Shown here piece after piece: positions 19,730 to 27,739 of a DNA stretch of 64,000 nucleotides. Below the pieces are notes generated by a model. It was given only the letters and a program-made list of their open reading frames with translations. It did no database searches and was not told the DNA's origin. The number at the start of each line of letters is the position of its first letter. The stretch's first letter is position 1. Source of the stretch: an uncultured beta proteobacterium (GTDB lineage Bacteria; Pseudomonadota; Gammaproteobacteria; Burkholderiales; Burkholderiaceae_C); the NCBI GenBank assembly GCA_903885585.1, contig CAISJH010000500.1, positions 22,039 to 86,038 on the forward strand, read 5' to 3'. The position numbers and the translations under genes were made by a program.

Positions 19730-20757
19730 TCAACTCCGCTGAAAACCGCTGGCCTCGATGATGGGGCGCCAGGCGGCGGTGTAGTCCTTCTGGTGGGCGG
19801 CCAGGGCCTTCGGTGCCAGCGGCGCCACGTTGTGGCCATCAGCCTGAAGGCGCTCTGCCAGGGCTGAGCGGGCCAGGGCGGTGGCGAGGTCGCGGCTCAG
19901 GCGCGTCATGACAGCCCCGGGCGTGGCTGCCGGTGCGTACAGGCCGTAGAAGGCCTGGCGCTCGAAGCCTTTCACGCCCAGCTCGGCGAAGGTGGGCACC
20001 TCGGGCAAGCGCTGGTCGCGCTGTGCACCCATCACGGCGATCACCCGCACGCGACCTTCGCGGTGCAAGTGCAAGAACTCCGGTACCGACCCCACGCCAG
20101 CCGGAATCTGGCCGGCCAGCAGGTCGGCCAGAAGGGGTACGCTGCCACGGTAGGGCAAGACGTCCAGCGCCACGCCCTTGGCGCGGCCGATCGATTGCAC
20201 GGCAAAGGCCGGGATGGATGCCGGCGCCGGTACGCCGACAGCGCCGCGCAGGGTGCCGGCCTGTACGGCACGGACGAACGAATCCAGGTCGATGGGGCTG
20301 CCTGCGCCTCTGACGTCCGCTATGCCCGAAGCACGTGAAGCACCTGAAGTAACCGGCAGGGCCAGCGCGTTGACGAAGGTGGCGATGCCGCCCACTGGCG
20401 CGAAGTCGCGGTCCGGGTCGTAGCCCGGCTCCTTGAGCGTCAGCGGCAAGATGGACACCGCGTGGTCGTTGGACAGCATCATCGTCGTGCCGTCGAGGGG
20501 GCGGCCTGCTTGAGCGCCAGCGCGGCGACGCGGCCGCCTTCACCCGGGCGGTTCTCTACGATGAAGGGCGCGCCAGAAATCTCCTGCAGGTGCTGAGCCA
20601 GCAGCCGCGCGATGGCGTCAGAGCCGCCACCGGCAGGAAACCCCACCAGGATGCGCGTAACCACACCCGGTTGGGCGCCGACACCCGTGGTTGCAGCCAA
20701 GGCTGCACCGGCTGCGGCTTGCAGCCACCCGCGCCGGGTCGTAAGTTCAGCCTTCAA
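19730..20757 (-). pseudogene. Bug/TctC substrate-binding protein split by a frameshift
   Basis: ORFs 20479..20757 (Tat-like leader, RILVGFPAGGGSDAIAR) and 19730..20482 join if one base is added to the G5 run at 20497-20501, restoring APLDGTT. Confidence 0.8.
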
Positions 20758-23000
20758 ACCCGTTGCTGGTGCAGGGCATCGAAGCTGGCACGCGTTTGCT
20801 CAAACGCCGCCAGCACAGCCTCAGTGACTCTCACTGCCGTGCCCGCAGAACCCAGCACCGCCCCCAGGTGACGATAGTCGGTGACATGCTCGGCCAGAGC
20901 CTGGCGGCGGACGTCGAGGATCTCAGCCAATTGGGCATCAGCCTCCTTGCGGATGGCCTTGATCTCGGCGTTCGACAAGGTGCTGCCCGCCAGGTGATCG
21001 GTGTGGACGAAACGCGTGTCGGCCATGATTGAGGTGCTGGTGGCCATGGCCTCCGGGATCGAGTGGCCACCATCCATCACGAGGAAGGCGAGATTGCCCG
21101 CCAGGGCGTCCTCTATGCTCACCGAAGGCTGGCCGCTCTGATGATCGAGCGCCCCATCGCGGGCCATCTGCAGCAGCAAGAAGGTCAGCATGTTGGTGGT
21201 GCCCGATACACCGTTGACGGTACTTTGGTTGCGTTCCAGGATCGCCTTCTCAAAGGACGTTGGCAGGTTCGTATTCATGCCCGTGCGAGCCGGAATGTTC
21301 TCCTGGGCCTGCCAGCTGCCCGGCACCACCGGCTTGGGTTGATGGGGCAAGGCGGTGCCGTACTGGGATGACTTGACAGCCTCGGTCTGATCCGCAGCCG
21401 CGCGCCCCGTGGCGGCGCGGCTGCCCATGGGGAGCGCCTCATTCGGATCGGTGGCTTCCAGTTCGGCCAGGACCTGCGCCATGGCCTCTCGCGCGGTAGG
21501 ACTTTCATGCTGCAAGGCGGCAAGCCCCTGGCGCACAGCTGCCAGCAGCGTGTCGCGGTCAGCCGCCTTCCACTCGCCACCATCGGCACGCAGGCGGGAG
21601 GCTTTGTGCAACGCATTGCTGGCATCCAGCAGGGCTTCCTGGCGCGCCGTCTGCTCGCCGCTGCTCATGCGAATGAATGAGGGTGAGAGACGAATCGCTT
21701 CGGATTCGCGGGCAATGATGTCGATGGCCCGAAGCCCCGCGTCGACACCGTGCTGGATGCCAGCGGGCGCCAGTGGCGTGGCATTTGCGGACCGGGCTGG
21801 CTTGACGAGATCGTTGTAGTTGCGGTCAGCCTGACGCAGCCAGTCGGAGCCGGTCACGCTGTAGGTGATCTTGGCGGCCATCCAGTAGGTGCGCACCATC
21901 TGGTAGCCATCGGTCACCGGAGCCGCCATAAGAGCCGTCAGGCTTTCCTTGCTGGGCGCGCTCAGAAAGGCCTGCATCTCCGGCACCTCGGCGTGCCAGG
22001 GCCGCGGGTCCTTGGCCAGGTTCTTGGCCAGACCCGCTATTTCAGACTGCACGGTGTAGCCATGGCCGCGTGGGCGCGTTTCGTCTGTACACCAGTTGAG
22101 CAAGTAGGCGTTGACGCGGTCGGCAGTAGCCAGCATCTCTTGTGACGGCTGATCCACCAGATGCTTGGCCAGCGCCGATTCGAACAAGCGACCGAAGGTG
22201 TTGTCATGACGCTGCGTCACGGCCTTGTCCTTGCCAGCCTCCGCTGCCAGGGCGGACGCCAGGCTGGCCAAGTCATCTGAACCAGGCAAGTCGTTGATCA
22301 AGCGATGCGCCACCGCACCCAGGATCGCCTGCGCGTTGTGCTGCCCCATGCGCCCGCCCAGCCAGAGATTACGCAGTGAATTCTCCACGTCCGCCAATGC
22401 TTCGTCACGGGCATGGCCATCCGACGTTGCCGGCAGGCGTGCCCGCGCCTCCCGCAGGGCCCCCAGCATCTCCAACACGCACTCGCTCTCGGTACGCGCA
22501 GCAGTTCGATCACCCCGGGCATTGACGCGGCCGAGGTCAGTGACCACGGACGACTCCAACAGCGTCAGATCCAATTCGGACACCGCGTCCGAGTCGGTGG
22601 GAACAGCCTGCAACCGGCCTTGCCCGTCGAACTGAAGGGGGCCGTCAAAGCCCGTGGTCTGGCCGCCCTGACGCTTGGCCTGGCCCACGAAGTGCGTGGC
22701 CACGCGAGCATCGATGGTCTGCCCGACCAGGGCCTGCAGCCGGCTGCGCCGGTCACTCAGCGGCTGACCGCTGGCTTCCTGTTGGGCCTGGCGCAGACGG
22801 CCGGCAAAGCCGTCCAGCGCCTGGGCTTGCCGGGCGTCCTGACCGCTCAGCCGATTGGCTGCGCGCTCCAGGGCGTTGTACTTCACCAGGCGAACACTGT
22901 GCTCGCCTAGGTAGACCACCTGCTCGCCCCTGGCCTCGGCCAGGCGGGCAATACCTGCCAGCTCCTGAAGACTGCGCACGTTGTGGATCACGGTACCCAT
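20754..23000 (-). CDS. Putative T3SS effector, paralog of 9722..11833
   Basis: HDNTFGRLFE, DPRPW, GVSGTTN and DGGHSIPE; downstream of the PLD effector. Confidence 0.72.
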   Translation of the reverse strand: MGTVIHNVRSLQELAGIARLAEARGEQVVYLGEHSVRLVKYNALERAANRLSGQDARQAQALDGFAGRLRQAQQEASGQPLSDRRSRLQALVGQTIDARVATHFVGQAKRQGGQTTGFDGPLQFDGQGRLQAVPTDSDAVSELDLTLLESSVVTDLGRVNARGDRTAARTESECVLEMLGALREARARLPATSDGHARDEALADVENSLRNLWLGGRMGQHNAQAILGAVAHRLINDLPGSDDLASLASALAAEAGKDKAVTQRHDNTFGRLFESALAKHLVDQPSQEMLATADRVNAYLLNWCTDETRPRGHGYTVQSEIAGLAKNLAKDPRPWHAEVPEMQAFLSAPSKESLTALMAAPVTDGYQMVRTYWMAAKITYSVTGSDWLRQADRNYNDLVKPARSANATPLAPAGIQHGVDAGLRAIDIIARESEAIRLSPSFIRMSSGEQTARQEALLDASNALHKASRLRADGGEWKAADRDTLLAAVRQGLAALQHESPTAREAMAQVLAELEATDPNEALPMGSRAATGRAAADQTEAVKSSQYGTALPHQPKPVVPGSWQAQENIPARTGMNTNLPTSFEKAILERNQSTVNGVSGTTNMLTFLLLQMARDGALDHQSGQPSVSIEDALAGNLAFLVMDGGHSIPEAMATSTSIMADTRFVHTDHLAGSTLSNAEIKAIRKEADAQLAEILDVRRQALAEHVTDYRHLGAVLGSAGTAVRVTEAVLAAFEQTRASFDALHQQRV

Positions 23001-23104
23001 ATTCTTGTTTCCTTCTTCCTTGGTTCAGTTCGGTTCCGCTGCGGGCTCCACAGCTCTCAAGGACCTTGAGGTGGGGGGGCAGACCTCCAGATCGCCCGCC
23101 ACTC

Positions 23105-25162
23105 TCACCGCCCGGCCGATAGCCCCAGCTTGCTCAGCAGCTCATCCTTGTGCTGCAGCTGCTCTGCCCACTGGCTCTGCGATGTGGTCAGGGGCTTCTT
23201 GAACTCTGTGACCAACAGGTCGATGTCCTTCTTGTCCATCTCCGGCGTGGCGTCCCAGAACTCGTCGAACAACGAGGCCGTGAGCTGGGTGTTGGTGCTC
23301 TGCATGAACATCATGTTCTCGTGGCTGCGCTTGAAAGACTGGCCGTCCAGGTTGTGCGAGCCGGTGAGCAGCAGCGAGGGCTCAGCCGGGTCCAGGCGCT
23401 TGAGCGCGTAGACCTTGGCGTGGTCGTTCACCGGCCGCCCGCCGGGGTCGAATTCGTGCGCGTCGCGCAGAGTCTGGTTCGGGTTGAAGACGTGGATTTC
23501 CAGCTTGCCCGCGCCTTGGCTGGCCGGCAGCGCATCGACCTTGTTCTTCAGCGACTGGATGTCCTTGAACAGACCGGCGGCCTCGTGCACCTTGGTCTTG
23601 GTGGGCGCCAGAATCTGCACGTTCACGCCGCGCCCGATGGCCTCGGCGACCATCTTCTGAGCAGTGCCATTGAACGCGTTGTTTCGCAGCAGCAGCGTGT
23701 CACCGGGCTTGGCCTCCTTGAACAGGTGCTCCAGCGCCTGCTTGATGGGCTTGGCATTCGTCGGCTCGATGGTGCTGCCCGTGTTTTGCACCCACGCCAC
23801 CTGGGAGCTCGCGCCCTCCACGGCCTCGTTCGGCTTCAGGAAGCCCGAGCTGCGCAAACCGGAAGCCAGCTCGGCGTTGAGCTGGGTCGGGTCGTCACCG
23901 GCGAAGGGGGGCTTGATCTCGATGCCCTGGATGGTCTCACTCATCGTGGCACGCATGGCCTTGACGTCGGAACGGCTGGTGGCTGCATCCACACCCACCT
24001 CGCCGCCCTCGGCTGTCAGCAGGCCGATGTGCTTGCCCTCAGGCAGGAGTGTGTTGACCAGGTAGTCGCGTTGGGAGCTCGCAAGTTTCTGGCTCAGCGT
24101 GACGGCCCCGCTGTCGAACCAGCTGGGCTTGCTGGTGTTGCCAATGCTGGCCCCCAGCGTGGCAGCAAAACCTGAGTCGTTGATGGCGAACTTGTTGTGG
24201 TGCGAGCCGGCGATGAAGGGGCTGGCCGCCACCAAATAGACCTTGGCTTTGAGATCGGTGATGGGCAGGCCGGAGATGTGCCCGGCCTGGGCCAGGCCTT
24301 GCAGCTGCGCCTTGGGCAGGCGGCCGAGATCGGCCACCGTCTTCAGCTCCAGTCCCTCGATCGCGCCCTTCTTCACCGCCTTGTTGTACTCGCCCAGCAC
24401 CTGCTTGTTGTAGCCCTGGATCACCTGCGGCCAGTGGTCCTGCTTCTTGTTGTCCTCGTTCAGGCTGACCTGCGTGCGCTTGCCGCCCGTAGCCTTGTTC
24501 TGGATGCCCACGCTCTTGTTGTAAAGGAAGACGAAGTTGAAGTCCGGGTCATCCTGCTTCTGCGCCAGACCGGCCAGCACGGCGTGCATGGTGTTGGTGA
24601 CCACGCCCTTGGCATCGATGGGCTTGATGCCGTAGGTGGTGACGGCTGCGAACTTGTCGGCCGATTCGATAGTGGCCTTCATCAGCCGCATCTGCTCGGG
24701 CTCGCTGGCCACGCCCTTGTTGAAGACGAAGGCCTTGTCGTCGAAGGCGTTCTGCTTGATGTCCTGGAAGTTCTTGGTCTGCAGCAGGCGCTCGACGCCA
24801 CCTTGCCCAGGCGGCGGGGCAGCAGCTTCGGCGCGCGGTGCGCTGTGGCGGCTGAACAGCGCCTCCAGACGGCCGGGCTGGGTGCGCAGGCTGGGTGCGT
24901 GCTGCACCAGATCCTGAAAGCTGTCGGCTGCCGCGTGCCTGGCCTCAGGGCGGAAGGTGGTCACCAGAGACTGCCGGGCGCGGTCGAACAGCGACTTGGC
25001 TCGGTCCACCAAGCCTGGGCGGGTCTCGTCGGCATAGCGGACGGTGCTGGCTGCAGCCGCTTCGGCCCGAGCCTGGCCCGCTGGCGGACGCACGGTGAAG
25101 CTGGTGTCCAGCGCGGCGGTACGCGGGCGGCTGATCGCGGCGAAATCAGGTGGAGGGGCCAT
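23105..25162 (-). CDS. Phospholipase D-superfamily putative T3SS effector
   Basis: HNKFAIND (HxKxxxxD) and a second degenerate HAKVYALK...GSHN motif; low-complexity Ala/Pro N-terminus; directly downstream of a chaperone gene. Confidence 0.78.
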   Translation of the reverse strand: MAPPPDFAAISRPRTAALDTSFTVRPPAGQARAEAAAASTVRYADETRPGLVDRAKSLFDRARQSLVTTFRPEARHAAADSFQDLVQHAPSLRTQPGRLEALFSRHSAPRAEAAAPPPGQGGVERLLQTKNFQDIKQNAFDDKAFVFNKGVASEPEQMRLMKATIESADKFAAVTTYGIKPIDAKGVVTNTMHAVLAGLAQKQDDPDFNFVFLYNKSVGIQNKATGGKRTQVSLNEDNKKQDHWPQVIQGYNKQVLGEYNKAVKKGAIEGLELKTVADLGRLPKAQLQGLAQAGHISGLPITDLKAKVYLVAASPFIAGSHHNKFAINDSGFAATLGASIGNTSKPSWFDSGAVTLSQKLASSQRDYLVNTLLPEGKHIGLLTAEGGEVGVDAATSRSDVKAMRATMSETIQGIEIKPPFAGDDPTQLNAELASGLRSSGFLKPNEAVEGASSQVAWVQNTGSTIEPTNAKPIKQALEHLFKEAKPGDTLLLRNNAFNGTAQKMVAEAIGRGVNVQILAPTKTKVHEAAGLFKDIQSLKNKVDALPASQGAGKLEIHVFNPNQTLRDAHEFDPGGRPVNDHAKVYALKRLDPAEPSLLLTGSHNLDGQSFKRSHENMMFMQSTNTQLTASLFDEFWDATPEMDKKDIDLLVTEFKKPLTTSQSQWAEQLQHKDELLSKLGLSAGR

Positions 25163-25225
25163 GGTGTGGGGCCTTTTGATGATGTCGGCGATAGGGCTCG
25201 AAGGTGGCGATCGGAGAGGGGGCGG

Positions 25226-25696
25226 TCAGACGCGCAGCGCCTCCCAGGATGCCCCCTGCATGGCGTCATCGGCCGCCGGCGGCTCGGCCGACTCGATGAT
25301 TTCCTCCCAGGCGGCGGCCTTTCGGCTGAAGTCCTGGACGATGCGGCGAAGTCCGTCCACATCCAGCGTCTGGAGGTGGACATCGAACTCCTGCAGCACC
25401 GCGCCAGCCGGCTCGCGCAAGGCCATGCGAATGCCACCGTGCAAGTCCGACAGGCCGTTGTAGATGAGCAAGGCCTCGTAAACCCGCTCGCGCACGGATT
25501 CCTGCGGACGACCCAGCTCGCACGACAGCGTGACCACGTCCGTGGACTCATCCAGCTTGACGGCCAGGGCCGCACCGCCTTCCTCCAGCGCGATCAGCCA
25601 GGTGTTCGGTGTAGCCTGCTCGATCAGCACCACCTCGGGTGTGGCGGGGCCGAGTTCGTCGAGCATGGCGCCCAGGTGTTCAAGAGATGTGGTCAT
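25226..25696 (-). CDS. Class I (CesT/Tir-like) T3SS chaperone
   Basis: Small acidic protein with LSCELGRP...YEALLIYN...GIRMAL and an amphipathic C-terminal helix ending in W. Confidence 0.8.
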   Translation of the reverse strand: MTTSLEHLGAMLDELGPATPEVVLIEQATPNTWLIALEEGGAALAVKLDESTDVVTLSCELGRPQESVRERVYEALLIYNGLSDLHGGIRMALREPAGAVLQEFDVHLQTLDVDGLRRIVQDFSRKAAAWEEIIESAEPPAADDAMQGASWEALRV

Positions 25697-25807
25697 GGAA
25701 CGGGTTTCCTTGGAACATCGCAGGCCGCTACACGCTTGGCATCACAAGCGCTGGGCGTTCGCGGCGACGAGGGTCGGTGGGGTGCGTGCCCAGGCGGCCT
25801 GACCAGA

Positions 25808-26386
25808 TCAGATGCTCTCGACCGACCCGTCGAGCGCCATCAGAAGCAGCTCCACCTCCAGCTTGGGGTGGCGAGACAGGATCTGCGTGCGCAAGTCATT
25901 CAGCGCCTTGGCGTGCGCTTCACGCTCGCTGGTGGCCGAGGCGAGGTGGGCCGGGCCCAGGATGACCTTGTAGGCGCCGCAATCCCGGTGGTCCAGCACC
26001 ATCACCTTGCGGATGTGGTGCAGGTCGATGGCCACGCCCAAGTGGTCCCAGAAAGTCTGGCCCCAGGATGGGAACTTGCTGGTGATCGCACCCAGGGAGG
26101 CCCCCGCCAGCACCACGTGGTCATACCGGTTGCGCAATCCCCGCCCACTCATGTAGCGCTCGGTCTCGTCCACCAGGCGGTAGTCCATGCAGCTCAGCAG
26201 CAGTGCATCGGTGCCGTGCGCGCCTTCCTTGGCACGCACCCACACGGGCAGGGTCGTGGCCGCCAGTCCGGCTGCCGCCCGCCCCAGGAAGCGGCGTCGG
26301 GCGGATTGCTCGCCGCTCTGCTTGTGCGAGTCCCCAAGGCTGGGGCAGCAAGAACCCGTCAAGAAGGGGCGTTGTTGCGTGGTCAT
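25808..26386 (-). CDS. Tat-exported beta-class carbonic anhydrase
   Basis: RRRFL twin-arginine leader; zinc ligands in LSCMDYRL and DHRDCGAY. Confidence 0.85.
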   Translation of the reverse strand: MTTQQRPFLTGSCCPSLGDSHKQSGEQSARRRFLGRAAAGLAATTLPVWVRAKEGAHGTDALLLSCMDYRLVDETERYMSGRGLRNRYDHVVLAGASLGAITSKFPSWGQTFWDHLGVAIDLHHIRKVMVLDHRDCGAYKVILGPAHLASATSEREAHAKALNDLRTQILSRHPKLEVELLLMALDGSVESI

Positions 26387-26414
26387 GGTGTTGTTCCCGG
26401 TAGTGGACAGGGCT

Positions 26415-27626
26415 TCAGACGTAGTCGCCCGGCTTGGGCTTGACCTCGGTCGGCGCAGCAGCGGCGGCGGGCTGGACCCCGGCCTGCAGACGCTGGTCGA
26501 TCTGGTCGAGTGTCTTGACCTCTCGCCCCGCCGCAAAGGACACCGTGTGGGCCCTCTCGCGAGGACCGACGGCGGCCAGCTCATCGGTGCTGCGCTTGAG
26601 GCTTTCCTTGGCCCGCCCTTCGTCCACCTGAGCATGCTTGAACAAGGCCGCGTCGGGCTCGTTTTCAGTGCCGTCATCGACGAGCACGGCATTCGGATCG
26701 ACCAGACCGGCTTCGCGGGTCTTCAAGATGCTGCGGCCTTCAGTCCCTGTGTTGGCCGCCTGCTCCAGCGGCGCATGGGTCTTCTGTGGTGCACCCTGGG
26801 CTTCCTTGACATGGGTCAGGATGCTGTCCACCTTGGAGCTCACACCGGCCAGATCCTTCATTCGGCTGTTGACATCGCGGTTGGTGTCGTTGGCCCACTG
26901 GATCACCTCGCCCCAACCCTGTGCTTCCTCTGCGTTACCGTCCTTGGTGGCTGCCCGCTTCTTGTCGGCCATGGTCTCGTTCAGACCGGACCAGCTCCCG
27001 CTCTCCGGATCAAACAGCTCGCCCAAGGCCTTTTCCATGCCGTGGTAGGCGTCGGAGAAGGTCTGGAGCTGGTACATGTCGTCTGCATCCAGCGGCTGGG
27101 CCTCCTCGAAACGGTCAATCACGAAACGCACCGAGAAGTCCACCTTGTCGTTCTCCGCAGAGACTTCCAGGTCCCCCAAGACAGACTGGGCGTTCTCCAT
27201 CGTGTCTGCGAACACCTGAAAGCGAGCCTCTGTGTTCAGCCAGTTCAAGACGGACTTGATGTCACTGCCGGTCAGGCGGGATTGGCCCTCCAGCTGAGAG
27301 GACAACTGCTCACGCAGAGAGCCCAGCACCTGCGCGCGGCGGCTGTCGGCGATCTGGTCGAACTCATGGAAGGGCGAACTGGCGCCATGGGCCTTGGATA
27401 GCTCTTTTTCGATCGCACCGACGAACGCCTCAGCGGCGGCGCGATGCTGGGCTTGTGCCTTCTCGGGCTTGAAGATCTCGACCAGACGCGCCATGAAATT
27501 GCCGCGCGTCTTCAGGGCCTCGCCGGAAGAGGCGCTGCCGAGCGTGACTTCCTTGTTGCCTGCCTCGCGCAGACGAGCCAGCTGGGCGAAGTCCTGGAAA
27601 GTGGGGGTGTTACCGATGGTGGCCAT
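26415..27626 (-). CDS. Putative T3SS effector of unknown function
   Basis: N-terminal ~130 aa clearly homologous to 31735..34209 (KTRGxF...AFV...QLxxQLEG...LTxxDIxSVL); box upstream. Confidence 0.65.
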   Translation of the reverse strand: MATIGNTPTFQDFAQLARLREAGNKEVTLGSASSGEALKTRGNFMARLVEIFKPEKAQAQHRAAAEAFVGAIEKELSKAHGASSPFHEFDQIADSRRAQVLGSLREQLSSQLEGQSRLTGSDIKSVLNWLNTEARFQVFADTMENAQSVLGDLEVSAENDKVDFSVRFVIDRFEEAQPLDADDMYQLQTFSDAYHGMEKALGELFDPESGSWSGLNETMADKKRAATKDGNAEEAQGWGEVIQWANDTNRDVNSRMKDLAGVSSKVDSILTHVKEAQGAPQKTHAPLEQAANTGTEGRSILKTREAGLVDPNAVLVDDGTENEPDAALFKHAQVDEGRAKESLKRSTDELAAVGPRERAHTVSFAAGREVKTLDQIDQRLQAGVQPAAAAAPTEVKPKPGDYV

Positions 27627-27656
27627 GATTCGCGCTGATCAGGGGTTGATAGAAAT

Positions 27657-27670
27657 TAGACTTTAGTCTA
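27657..27670. promoter_or_regulatory. TAGAC-N4-GTCTA box (copy 3) overlapping a -10 element
   Basis: TAGACTTTAGTCTA; minus strand reads TTGGCG - 17 nt - TAAAGT. Confidence 0.7.
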
Positions 27671-27739
27671 GTTACCTTGAGCCGCCAATCCAAAATCGGC
27701 GGCCGTGTCTGGCGACCGCCCACCTTCGAGTGGCGCCGC

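Noticed and set aside
19347-19733. 128-aa ORF as an intact gene
   Set aside because: Only the first ~16 codons look VOC-like; the rest lacks coding signal, so it was treated as a relic.
24197-26443. 748-aa + strand ORF spanning the PLD, chaperone and carbonic anhydrase genes
   Set aside because: Antisense to three motif-supported genes.
26387-26692. Longer start for the carbonic anhydrase ORF (294-aa call)
   Set aside because: Overlaps the upstream effector; the Tat leader begins after ATG 26386.
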